Below, one piece after another: positions 47,772 to 56,286 of a stretch of DNA of 64,000 nt (positions within the stretch are counted from its first letter, which is position 1; every line of letters begins with the position of its first letter). A model generated the notes under the pieces. It made no database searches and was not told the DNA's origin. It saw only the letters and a list, made by a program, of their open reading frames with translations. This DNA is from an uncultured bacterium. Its GTDB lineage: Bacteria > Patescibacteriota > Minisyncoccia > Phycocordibacterales > GWA1-40-21. The stretch spans positions 341,015 to 405,014 of the forward strand of contig CAWDSG010000002.1 of assembly GCA_963804975.1 (NCBI GenBank), in the 5' to 3' direction. A program made the position numbers and the translations under genes.

Positions 47772-48746
47772 TTATTTAAGGTTTTTTAGGAATGCATTAA
47801 TTATTTTAATAGCTTCATCTTTATTATCCGCTGACATCAGTTTTATCCTCAACTCTTTAGCACCGTCAAACCCACCGACATAGGCCTTGAAATGTTTTTT
47901 CATAACAGCAAAGTTCTTATGTTTGCCCAAAAGCTTGTCAAAAAGCTTGGTATGTTCTACAAGCGCTTCCAGTTTTTCTTTTATTGTAGGTTCAGTTGTT
48001 TTTTTATCATTAAAAAACCAAGGGTTGCCAAAAACTCCCCTGCCGACCATTATTCCATCAAACCCAGTTTCAATTGCTTTCTCTCTTCCCTCTTCCAAGC
48101 TTTTAATATCTCCATTTGCAATCAATACGACATTTTTATCAATTACTCGCACAGTTTTCACAATATCTTTCGCAAGTTCCCAGTGTGCCGGAACATCCGA
48201 TATTTCTTTTTTTGTCCGCAGATGAATTATCAGAGTCGAAATATTTTCTTTCAATATTTCCGGAAGCCAAGTTTTATATTCAAGCGAATTGTAGCCAAGG
48301 CGGGTTTTCACCGATATTGGCAAATGCGGAGCGCCCTCCTTAGCAGCACGGATAATTTCTCTTGCGAGCTTCGGAGTTCTGATCAAGCTCGCGCCTGCGC
48401 CTTGGCTGACGACAGATTTATCCGGGCATCCCATATTTATATCAATGCCGTCAAAACCAAGACCTCCGAGATATTGGCACGCCTTTTTCATATTTTCCGG
48501 ATTAGCGCCAAAAACTTGAACAACGATCGGATGTTCGTTATGCGAATATTCCAAGATATGCGAAAGATTTTTCCTTGCCAATTTATTGCACAGGCCATCC
48601 GCAGCAATGAATTCCGTCCAAAAAACATCCGGCTTTCCGAATCTGACAAGCATTTTGCGGAAAGCGCAGTCTGTTACATCTGACATCGGCGCAAGACAAA
48701 AGAAAGGTTTTTTAGATTTTGAAATTATTTGCCAGAAATTCGACAT
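47772..48746 (-). CDS. dus: tRNA-dihydrouridine synthase
   Basis: 'FCLAPMSDVTDCAFRKM' N-terminus, 'MGCP' catalytic Cys; 324 aa. Confidence 0.85.
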   Translation of the reverse strand: MSNFWQIISKSKKPFFCLAPMSDVTDCAFRKMLVRFGKPDVFWTEFIAADGLCNKLARKNLSHILEYSHNEHPIVVQVFGANPENMKKACQYLGGLGFDGIDINMGCPDKSVVSQGAGASLIRTPKLAREIIRAAKEGAPHLPISVKTRLGYNSLEYKTWLPEILKENISTLIIHLRTKKEISDVPAHWELAKDIVKTVRVIDKNVVLIANGDIKSLEEGREKAIETGFDGIMVGRGVFGNPWFFNDKKTTEPTIKEKLEALVEHTKLFDKLLGKHKNFAVMKKHFKAYVGGFDGAKELRIKLMSADNKDEAIKIINAFLKNLK

Positions 48747-48805
48747 ATGTGATGCAAAGATAGCATTACTTTACGTGGAGGTCAAAAAAATGCTAATCTT
48801 TATAT

Positions 48806-49369
48806 ATGGCGCCGACAAAGATTAAAAAAAATCAAATAGTGCAGAAAAACAGTCCTGTTTTGAGGGAGATTTCTTTGCCTGTACCGCAAGATAAAATCGG
48901 AAGTCCGGAAATAAAGGCGATTATTTCGGATATGAAAAAATCTATTGAATCTCAAGCTGATGCAGTTGCCATATCGGCAGTGCAGATCGGCAAACCGGTA
49001 AGGATTTTTGTTATTTCAAAGAAGGTTTTTGGAATCGCAAGCGGTGATGTGACCAAAGCGTCCGCAAAAGATGACCTGGTTTTTATAAATCCCAAAATCA
49101 TCAAAACATCAAAAAACAAAAAATCTTTGGAGGAAGGATGCCTTTCCGTCAGATATTTTTATGGAAATGTCCTGCGCGCAGAAAAAGCTACGGTACAGGC
49201 GTTTGATGAGCATGGCAGAAAATTTACCAGGGGTTTTTCCGGCCTTTTCGCGCAGATAGTCCAGCATGAAACGGACCACTTAGACGGGAAGCTTTTTATA
49301 GATAAGGCCAAAAATATTCAGGAAATTTCTCATGAGGAATACGAGAAAAGTTTGGCAATCCATGAATGA
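48806..49369 (+). CDS. def: peptide deformylase
   Basis: 'EEGCLSV' motif 2 and 'QHETDHLDG' motif 3; 187 aa. Confidence 0.9.
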   Translation: MAPTKIKKNQIVQKNSPVLREISLPVPQDKIGSPEIKAIISDMKKSIESQADAVAISAVQIGKPVRIFVISKKVFGIASGDVTKASAKDDLVFINPKIIKTSKNKKSLEEGCLSVRYFYGNVLRAEKATVQAFDEHGRKFTRGFSGLFAQIVQHETDHLDGKLFIDKAKNIQEISHEEYEKSLAIHE

Positions 49370-49440
49370 TTGACAAATGCTTTTTTATCCTGTAATTTTA
49401 ATAATAGAAAAGATCATCTAAAAATTGGAGGCGGATAAAA

Positions 49441-49806
49441 ATGAAAAAGGAAGAAACAAAAAGCATCAAATACGTTTTTTGTGGTTATTCAAAAACGGGT
49501 CGTGAGCTTATTGAAACGGCAATAAAAAAAGTTGCCGAAACGGAAAATTTACTGGTTTTGTTTGACGAAGATCCGTATTACAAAATAGGCAGATCGCCCC
49601 GCGTAATAGTAAAAACAAAAAATGATGATGATTTTGTTTGGGCGATTTATATACTAAGATTGGTGGTGAAAGATAAGTTAAAGGAAAATATTACCGCCAT
49701 CAAGATTTCCAGGGATCCGAAAAAGGAAAGAAGTCAAATTGTTTATATCACACCCAACAGCATTCCGAAAAAGCCCCAGGTTCCTCAAAAAGCGCCTGCA
49801 ATCTAG
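49441..49806 (+). CDS. hypothetical protein, paralog 1 of a small two-gene insert in the def-fmt operon
   Basis: 121 aa; GGAGG RBS; shares pattern with next ORF. Confidence 0.5.
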   Translation: MKKEETKSIKYVFCGYSKTGRELIETAIKKVAETENLLVLFDEDPYYKIGRSPRVIVKTKNDDDFVWAIYILRLVVKDKLKENITAIKISRDPKKERSQIVYITPNSIPKKPQVPQKAPAI

Positions 49807-49887
49807 GCGCTTTTTTAATTGACAAATCTTAAAAATTTTATAGCATAGGAAGTAGAGGTATTTAAATAAATTCCAGGGAGGTTTGAA

Positions 49888-50202
49888 ATGTTTAATATTG
49901 AATTCATTGGGTTTAACAAAAAAGAACGGGAAATTATTGCGAGGTGGATCTCGAGTATTAAAGGAGAAGTAAGAGCACACCATATTAATCCCAATCCGAG
50001 ATATTTTGGAAATCAAATATCTTTTCACCGAGGACTATCAATCGAAAAAAGAGAAGGGGAAGTCAATTCTTTTGTTCGGGTTACTTATCTAAACAAAAAC
50101 GATTTGATCTATGTAAAGTTTCTTCTCAAGGAAGTTAAAAGGAGAGCGGCAATAGCACTCAATCCTGAATATTACAAACTTGATATGGGAACGAACCATT
50201 AA
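49888..50202 (+). CDS. hypothetical protein, paralog 2
   Basis: 104 aa; GGGAGG RBS; distant similarity to previous ORF. Confidence 0.5.
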   Translation: MFNIEFIGFNKKEREIIARWISSIKGEVRAHHINPNPRYFGNQISFHRGLSIEKREGEVNSFVRVTYLNKNDLIYVKFLLKEVKRRAAIALNPEYYKLDMGTNH

Positions 50203-50231
50203 TTTTTTCGGATAAGCAAGTTGAAAAATAA

Positions 50232-50264
50232 GCGCCTGACCTGCGGGTCGGGTGCTTTTCTTTT
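50232..50264 (+). terminator. rho-independent terminator (imperfect stem)
   Basis: gcgcctgacc / ggtcgggtgc then ttttctttt. Confidence 0.5.
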
Positions 50265-50294
50265 GGAAGATTATCTCGTAATATTAGAGTTATT

Positions 50295-51227
50295 ATGTTT
50301 AATAAAAATATAAAAACGGCTTTCTTTGGCAATTCGGAATTTTCTCTGATTGTACTTCTCGAGCTTAAAAAACTCGGTTTTTTGCCTGATATTGTAGTTA
50401 CCACTCCCGACAAGCCGGTTGGCAGAAAAATGATTCTTACGCCGACACAGACGAAGGTTTGGGCGCAGGACAATTCAATAGAATATATTGAACCGGTAAA
50501 ACTGAAAGATGAAAGTTTTCTAGAAAAGATGAAAGAATACAATCTTTTTATCGTTGCTTCCTACGGGAAAATAATCCCGAAAGCACTTATTGATATTCCT
50601 AAATATAAAGCGCTTAATATTCATCCTTCGCTTCTGCCGAAATATCGCGGTCCATCGCCCTTGCAGGAGCAGATTTTAAATAATGAGAAAAATGTCGGTG
50701 TTTCAATAATGCTTATAGACGAACAAATGGATCACGGGGCGATTTTGGCACAAAAAAAAGTGGACCTACCTGACCGGCAGGCAGGAATCCCTTCTTGGCC
50801 CGTTGGTTTTAATGAATTGTCTGAAATTCTAGGAAAAGAAGGTGCTAAGTTGTTGATGAAAATTTTACCGGAATGGATAAAAGGCAAGATCAAGCCGAAG
50901 GAACAAAATCACAGCGAAGCGACTTTTACAAAAAAAGTTGAAAAGCAGGACGGACTAATAATCTGTCCCGATGTCTCACATCAGGAAAATGTTGATAAAA
51001 ACCCCGAGGTTAAACCTCGGGGAAACGAAACATATAAAGATTATTTGAAATATTTGGCCTATGAAGATTGGCCGGGAACATATTTTGAAGCTACGCACAA
51101 TGGTAAAAAATTGAAAGTTATCGTTAAAAAAGCTGTTTGGAAAGATGATGAACTTGAAATTCTCCGCGTTGTTCCGGAAGGTAAAAAAGAGATGGATTAT
51201 AAGGACTTTTTGCGAGGCTTAAGATAA
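50295..51227 (+). CDS. fmt: methionyl-tRNA formyltransferase
   Basis: 'HPSLLPKYRGPSPLQ' SLLP motif; 310 aa. Contains an in-frame copy of the CCCCGAGG palindromic unit at 50991-51022. Confidence 0.9.
   Translation: MFNKNIKTAFFGNSEFSLIVLLELKKLGFLPDIVVTTPDKPVGRKMILTPTQTKVWAQDNSIEYIEPVKLKDESFLEKMKEYNLFIVASYGKIIPKALIDIPKYKALNIHPSLLPKYRGPSPLQEQILNNEKNVGVSIMLIDEQMDHGAILAQKKVDLPDRQAGIPSWPVGFNELSEILGKEGAKLLMKILPEWIKGKIKPKEQNHSEATFTKKVEKQDGLIICPDVSHQENVDKNPEVKPRGNETYKDYLKYLAYEDWPGTYFEATHNGKKLKVIVKKAVWKDDELEILRVVPEGKKEMDYKDFLRGLR
50991..51022. repeat. GC-rich palindromic unit, copy P2, embedded in-frame in fmt
   Basis: gttgataaaaaCCCCGAGGttaaaCCTCGGGG identical over 31/32 nt to P1; no T-run. Confidence 0.8.
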
Positions 51228-51242
51228 AAATGTCATTTTTGC

Positions 51243-51271
51243 TTGACAAAAGATAGCTAATATGCTATCAT
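51243..51271 (+). promoter_or_regulatory. sigma70-like promoter with no protein-coding gene downstream
   Basis: TTGACA (51243-51248), 17-nt spacer, TATCAT (51266-51271). Confidence 0.4.
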
Positions 51272-51446
51272 TGCATTGAATTTGAAATTGACAGTTTGTA
51301 CCCAGGGGGATTCACTGGTTCTCCAAACGGAGATAGGTGTTAATCCTCCTGGGTGTGGTGGGTTGATTGTCGGCGAACAACCAACTCATTTAAGATGACC
51401 GGCCTGTTGGGCTTTTATTACAAATACCACAGTGAACCGGTTTTTT

Positions 51447-51815
51447 TTATTTCCACATTTTTATGAAAGATTTGATTTTTGCTCCACTTCTTTTCAATAA
51501 GCTTGTTTTTTTATCCTTGAAGGATTTCAATTCCTCCGCCATTTCTTCGGTAGCAATATCGATGGAAGAATATAAGTCAGCTTCCTCAGCAGAAGCACGA
51601 AAAGCTTTTCCTCCGATGTGAATCATGAATTCTGTGCGAAATAAATCGCCTGTTTTGTGATGATTGGTGGTCTTCCCTATTTCCGCATAACACATAACCG
51701 TATCTTTAATGATTTCAGGATTTATAAATTTGTCCAAATGGCTGATTCTCTTTTCCAGATAATCTTTGATTGCGGGAGTCAAAACGAAATCGGTTGCTTT
51801 TATATTATGTTTCAT
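51447..51815 (-). CDS. hpf: ribosome hibernation promoting factor / RaiA family
   Basis: 'MKHNIKATDFVLTPAIKDYLEKRISHLDKF' S30AE-family N-terminus; 122 aa. Confidence 0.8.
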   Translation of the reverse strand: MKHNIKATDFVLTPAIKDYLEKRISHLDKFINPEIIKDTVMCYAEIGKTTNHHKTGDLFRTEFMIHIGGKAFRASAEEADLYSSIDIATEEMAEELKSFKDKKTSLLKRSGAKIKSFIKMWK

Positions 51816-51824
51816 AATGTACGG

Positions 51825-52043
51825 TTATTTTTCTAAACTAATAATCTTGCTTGATGAATGATATCCTTTTATAATTATGATTTTATTATAACCTTTAAAA
51901 TTCTTTCGCACCAGTTCCAATATTCTTTTATTCGCAAGATTTTTCTCGGCCGGTTCTATAACAAATATATGAAAACTATCATCAGATTTCTTGATGATTT
52001 TTTCCTTTTTTGCATCAGTAAAAACTTTGATTTTGATAAGCAT
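51825..52043 (-). CDS. DUF167 (YggU-like) small protein
   Basis: 'KIKVFTDAKKEKII ... EPAEKNLANKRILELVRKNF' matches YggU/UPF0235 pattern; 72 aa. Confidence 0.55.
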   Translation of the reverse strand: MLIKIKVFTDAKKEKIIKKSDDSFHIFVIEPAEKNLANKRILELVRKNFKGYNKIIIIKGYHSSSKIISLEK

Positions 52044-52118
52044 ATGTTAATTGTATCTTATCATTTAAAAATAAAATCAATCTATTCACTTTTTAATTTT
52101 AATCTGCTATTATGCTCG

Positions 52119-52247
52119 TATCCTGGAGTAGTTGAAATGCGAATACATGGAGCATTTCAAAGACGGAGCACGTCGGTGCGAGTCGGGGTCGCAAGATTTT
52201 CAGCAGAAAATACTTGTGACCAACGATTCCGCGAGCTACTCTGGATA
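52119..52247 (-). repeat. degenerate long-hairpin element, copy E
   Basis: Minus-strand loop motif ATTTTCTGCTGAAAAT present exactly; outer arms tatcctggagtag / ctactctggata pair imperfectly; CGTCGG core diverged. Confidence 0.45.
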
Positions 52248-52255
52248 TAAAATAA

Positions 52256-52327
52256 TCCGGAGTAGCTCAGCGGTAGAGCGATCGCCTGTTAAGCGATTGG
52301 TCGCAGGTTCGATCCCTGCCTCCGGAG
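52256..52327 (+). tRNA. tRNA-Asn (anticodon GUU)
   Basis: UCCGGAG UA GCUC-AGCGGUA-GAGC G AUCGC-CUGUUAA-GCGAU UGGUC GCAGG-UUCGAUC-CCUGC CUCCGGA G; perfect 7-bp acceptor stem, U33, A37; CCA not encoded. Confidence 0.85.
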
Positions 52328-52401
52328 CAAAAGCTAGTACTTGACAAATAGGATATAATTATTATCATATTTACAGAGGTACAAAATCTTAAAAAGGGGG
52401 T

Positions 52402-52725
52402 TTGAAAATGAAACAATTTTCATTAATAGTGATGCTGTTTGTTATGATGATTGCGACTTACTCTGTAGCGGATGCCAACACGAGTGGAGTCGAACACATA
52501 CGTCTCTTTTCTAAAACCGCAGGAGGGACACAAAAATCAGTTGCAATGGCAACGGAAAAACTGAACAATGAAATTGATCAGTGGCTTAATAACAATCCGA
52601 CTTTAAAAATAATCGGGGTTGAATTCGAAAATACAAGCACTGGGAATCTACCTAACGGTGGACTTGGTAACAACACAGTATTTGTAACTATCACCGTCGT
52701 TGTACATTGCATATCAAAAAAATAA
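52402..52725 (+). CDS. small secreted hypothetical protein
   Basis: 107 aa with signal peptide; RBS aaaggggg. Confidence 0.45.
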   Translation: MKMKQFSLIVMLFVMMIATYSVADANTSGVEHIRLFSKTAGGTQKSVAMATEKLNNEIDQWLNNNPTLKIIGVEFENTSTGNLPNGGLGNNTVFVTITVVVHCISKK

Positions 52726-52747
52726 CGAATACATCCGTTGGTACATA

Positions 52748-52779
52748 ATATCCAGTCTAAAACGACTGGATATTTTTTT
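52748..52779 (+). terminator. rho-independent terminator
   Basis: atatccagtc / gactggatat 10-bp stem then T7. Confidence 0.8.
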
Positions 52780-52825
52780 GTCCCAAACAGGTTCTGACTT
52801 CCTCCGGCCAGTGAAGCCGCCTTAG

Positions 52826-52851
52826 CCACCTTTTAATTGAGGTGGTTTTTT
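52826..52851 (+). terminator. second tandem rho-independent terminator
   Basis: ccacc / ggtgg stem with 10-nt loop then T6. Confidence 0.5.
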
Positions 52852-53150
52852 GGTTGATTAAAATTTTTGGAAGTGATAAACTGATATAATAATTAAATAA
52901 ATATAAAAATATGTAGTAAGAGGAAATTTTATTGGTGCGGCGATTGTTGCAATAATCTACACGGTTTATATTTTAATGAATCCCCTTCCAACAAAATGGC
53001 AAACGGCGTTAGTATTGGTGATTCTTAACGCTTTAACTATCGTGCTTTTGTCTTTTGCATTCAAAATGTAAAAGAGAAATAATAATTTGACTTATAATTT
53101 TATCGTGGTAATTTTATATTGAAAGAACCTTGTAAAGAAAGGAACTCAAA

Positions 53151-53495
53151 ATGCGTAAAGACAGAGCGAGAGCAGAGCGAAATATAAAAAATTTAATAAA
53201 AAAAGTAGTTGGCAGCTTAGCCGGTAAAAGGAAGTTGCCGAGACAACCTATTATTAATGTCAGGCAGGAACTTGCAGATGGAATAAGTATTACGATTGAT
53301 TCGCAAAAAAATAGCGGTAAGCATCCAGGCATAACTTATAGTGTGATTATTGAAAACGAAATTCCTGGACGCAAATCACTATTAATCTCAAAATTTACTG
53401 AGTCCGAAATTTTAAGAGCCTTTCTGCTGGGGCTTTGGTCATTAGGAGTTGTGAATAATTGCAATGATATTTCATCTATTGAAATTCCTTCCTGA
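53151..53495 (+). CDS. hypothetical protein
   Basis: 114 aa; basic N-terminus; terminator downstream. Confidence 0.4.
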   Translation: MRKDRARAERNIKNLIKKVVGSLAGKRKLPRQPIINVRQELADGISITIDSQKNSGKHPGITYSVIIENEIPGRKSLLISKFTESEILRAFLLGLWSLGVVNNCNDISSIEIPS

Positions 53496-53520
53496 ACAAA
53501 AGAATAATTTTATAAAAATT

Positions 53521-53550
53521 AACCCCGGTGTTTAGTCGCCGGGGTTTTTA
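53521..53550 (+). terminator. rho-independent terminator
   Basis: aaccccgg / ccggggtt stem then ttttta. Confidence 0.7.
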
Positions 53551-53713
53551 TTCAAATATTCGCTAAAAAAGCTTTATTTTATCCGCACGGATGCGTTATT
53601 TGTTATCAACAGGATTTTTGAATGCCTGTTTGACTATTTTTAAAAAGGATATAAAATTAACAAAGATATAGTCGATTATCATTATAATTATTAATTATAA
53701 AAAATATAAATAA

Positions 53714-53860
53714 TATGAAAGGTACGCTTATAACACTCGGAATCATTTTGCTAGTAATCGGATTGATTGGTCTTATTTCAAACACTTCAGTCGGTTTGAT
53801 GTGGGTACTTTTGATCCTCGGCGTAATCGGAGTAATCTGGGGCGCTTCAGTCAAAGGTAA
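53714..53860 (+). CDS. small membrane peptide (48 aa)
   Basis: ATG 53714; two Gly-zipper-like hydrophobic segments then basic tail 'GRNRSNLGRFSQR'; hand-translated. Confidence 0.3.
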   Translation, partial: YERYAYNTRNHFASNRIDWSYFKHFSRFDVGTFDPRRNRSNLGRFSQR

Positions 53861-53899
53861 GGCAACAATGTAAAAAAATTTAAATAACAAACAAAAAAT

Positions 53900-53927
53900 C
53901 ACCCGTGATGCGGGTGGTTTTTGTTTT
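53900..53927 (+). terminator. rho-independent terminator
   Basis: cacccg / cgggtg stem then gtttttgtttt. Confidence 0.6.
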
Positions 53928-54057
53928 ATATAATTCGGCAAAAACCGAAGATTATTCTTTTAACACTTGACAAATATATTTAATAGATATATACTTTTTT
54001 CAGTTTTTTGAACTGTTTTCCCGTTGATTTCCCTGCTTATTTTGCTAACATACATCT

Positions 54058-55110
54058 ATGTCGTTAGAATCAAATCCAATAGAAAAAAAGGTTCACGAAC
54101 AAAAAGAAGAGATTATCGAAAATCTTTTCCTATTTTTAAAGGAAAAAAGAGAAAGAGAAGAGCAGAAAATTGAAAAAGATCTTCCCGAAGCCATGAAAAA
54201 CCTTCCGAAAGATCTTCGTAATGTTGTTGAGAAAAATTTCCAGCGATTCAAATCATACAATCTTACCGCCAAACAGCTTCTTTCTGAATTAAAACACGAT
54301 ATAGAAACGATGAAAACCGCCTATGAAGACAAGCGATTTGGTATACCGAACGGAAGCTACTTGATGTATGAAATAAAGCATATTATTGACGATCTGGTCG
54401 CGGAATTCACTGATAAAAAAATAGATTTCACAAAAATCAAAGGACTCGGCATTATCAGCCTTGATGTAAACGGGCTTAAAACGATAAATGATGTGATCAG
54501 CCACGAAGCGGGCAGCGAATATTTGAGAAGAATTGCTAATGTTTTGAAAAAAGGCGCTACGACAAAAGAGCTTGAAGCGGACGGTATCAGCGTATTTGTT
54601 TCTTCAAATGGCGGGGATGAATTTTCAATCATACTCAGCGACAATGTAAATCTTATGGACGTTTCCGGCGGGTCCACATTTATTAATAAAGCGCTGAAAA
54701 AATACCAGGAAGAAGTGTCTATGATAGAAGTGAGCGATCTTATCAACTTTAATCGCCCGGAAATATTCGCGAAGTTCAAAGATCTTTCAATTCCGGATAA
54801 ATTCAAATTTATCGCAAGTGTTTCGGGCGGTACTGCGTGCATTGAAGAGATATTGGTTAATAACGGGTTTGTTCCAAATGCAACTGTTGGGTATTCCGAC
54901 AATCTAAACTTTATAATCAGCGGCCTTTTTGAACTTTCGGACAGGCGAAGCAAGCAAGATAAAGACAAATTCAAGGAAGAACTTGAAAACAGCAGCGATA
55001 AACACAAGAAATTCTTGGCGGTATTGCTGAAACGAAATTTGGAAACGGCTATGATTGAAGAAGAAAACAAGAAACTCAAACTTTTAATAGAAAAATTTAA
55101 GCAAAAATAA
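54058..55110 (+). CDS. GGDEF-domain protein (putative diguanylate cyclase) with helical N-terminal domain
   Basis: 'GIISLDVNGLKTINDVISHEAGSEYLRRIANVL' and intact 'SNGGDEFSIIL' GG(D/E)EF motif; 350 aa. Confidence 0.65.
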   Translation: MSLESNPIEKKVHEQKEEIIENLFLFLKEKREREEQKIEKDLPEAMKNLPKDLRNVVEKNFQRFKSYNLTAKQLLSELKHDIETMKTAYEDKRFGIPNGSYLMYEIKHIIDDLVAEFTDKKIDFTKIKGLGIISLDVNGLKTINDVISHEAGSEYLRRIANVLKKGATTKELEADGISVFVSSNGGDEFSIILSDNVNLMDVSGGSTFINKALKKYQEEVSMIEVSDLINFNRPEIFAKFKDLSIPDKFKFIASVSGGTACIEEILVNNGFVPNATVGYSDNLNFIISGLFELSDRRSKQDKDKFKEELENSSDKHKKFLAVLLKRNLETAMIEEENKKLKLLIEKFKQK

Positions 55111-55123
55111 TAAATATATTTAT

Positions 55124-55255
55124 ATGGCAAAAAGAGGCACAACACTTAGTTCAAAAAAGGGCAGATCAAAGCATTCCCACAAAACGCAGAGGCGGCTTGC
55201 TGCAAAGCGGCTTATGATTGAGAAGAAAACCGCCCGGAAAAAGTCCAAATGGTAA
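55124..55255 (+). CDS. very basic 43-aa peptide (possible ribosomal or nucleic-acid-binding protein)
   Basis: 'MAKRGTTLSSKKGRSKHSHKTQRRLAAKRLMIEKKTARKKSKW'; not in supplied ORF track (below 60 aa), hand-translated. Confidence 0.3.
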   Translation: MAKRGTTLSSKKGRSKHSHKTQRRLAAKRLMIEKKTARKKSKW

Positions 55256-55346
55256 TTTTATAATTACTCATTGACAATTAAGCGCATCTATACTATCATT
55301 TAACATAGAATTTGAACGCTACAAAATAATAAGAAAAGAGGGACGA

Positions 55347-55586
55347 ATGAACCTTTTAGAAGAAATAAAAATAGCAAAAGAAAAGGTTGATCGGAGGCCA
55401 GAAAATCCTAACGATAAAACAAAAGGGAAACGAGGTTCTGACATTCGAGCAGAAATGAGCGATAAGGCTCGAGTTGCATGGGATAAAACAAAACTTGCTG
55501 AAGGACTTCTAATTTCATCTCTTGAATGGATAGAAACTTATGCTAAAACGGAAGATGTCTATCTTACCAACATACTCGTTAGTTGA
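55347..55586 (+). CDS. hypothetical protein (79 aa)
   Basis: RBS aagagggacgaatg. Confidence 0.35.
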   Translation: MNLLEEIKIAKEKVDRRPENPNDKTKGKRGSDIRAEMSDKARVAWDKTKLAEGLLISSLEWIETYAKTEDVYLTNILVS

Positions 55587-55640
55587 TCCTGTTTATTAAA
55601 AAAGGCCTGCTACATTCAATTATGGCAAGGTCTTTTTTTA

Positions 55641-56219
55641 TTGCTAAAACAATTCCCTACCGATATTGTTTCTGATATCATATCTTTTATGCCTAAGCAC
55701 AAAATTCTTCAAAAGAAATTTTTTGACAGGTCGGTTTTGAAAGTGGCGCTTGAACTTTTGGGAAAATATCTGGTGCGGCGAAATTCTCGCGGCAAAACAG
55801 TGGAATATATGATTACCGAAGTTGAAGCTTATGACAGCGAAAAGGATTTGGCATGCCATGCGTCAAAAGGAAGAACCGAAAGAAACGAAACGATGTACGG
55901 ACCGGCTAGATATTGGTATGTTTATCTTTGCTACGGAATGTATTATATGCTTAATATTGTTACAGGTAAAAAGAATTATCCATCGGCGATATTGATCCGC
56001 GAACTGTCGAAAATGAAAGGTCCGGGAATAATTACTCGGGAACTTAGCATTAAAAAAGAGTTAAACGGAAAAATTGCATCGCCGAAATCCGGCCTTTGGA
56101 TTGAAGACCGCGGAATAAGAATTTCAAAAAAAGATATTGTCCAAACGCAGAGAATCGGCGTAGAGTATGCCGGAAAATGGGCCAAAAAACCATATCGTTT
56201 CGTTTTAAAAAATAGTTGA
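55641..56219 (+). CDS. mpg: DNA-3-methyladenine glycosylase (Mpg/AAG family)
   Basis: 'YMITEVEAYDSEKDLACHASKGRTERNETMYGPARYWYVYLCYGMYYMLNIVT' matches Mpg core; 192 aa. Confidence 0.85.
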   Translation: MLKQFPTDIVSDIISFMPKHKILQKKFFDRSVLKVALELLGKYLVRRNSRGKTVEYMITEVEAYDSEKDLACHASKGRTERNETMYGPARYWYVYLCYGMYYMLNIVTGKKNYPSAILIRELSKMKGPGIITRELSIKKELNGKIASPKSGLWIEDRGIRISKKDIVQTQRIGVEYAGKWAKKPYRFVLKNS

Positions 56220-56255
56220 TAAAAACCCCGAGGTTTAACCTCGGGGGATTTTTAT
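56215..56255. terminator. GC-rich palindromic unit acting as terminator (copy P3)
   Basis: gttgataaaaaCCCCGAGGtttaaCCTCGGGGgattttta; mpg stop TGA lies inside the conserved GTTGAT flank. Confidence 0.8.
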
Positions 56256-56286
56256 ACTTTACAATCATACTTAATATTTATATTAT

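Noticed and set aside
51396-51446. Clean rho-independent terminator for fmt/hpf convergent pair
   Set aside because: Only short or imperfect stems (ccggcc, accggt palindromes) with a T8 run. Plausible, but too ambiguous to annotate as a feature.
53657-53941. Track ORF 94 aa on minus strand
   Set aside because: It has low complexity and no RBS. It overlaps a better-supported small plus-strand membrane ORF (53714-53860) and two plus-strand terminators.
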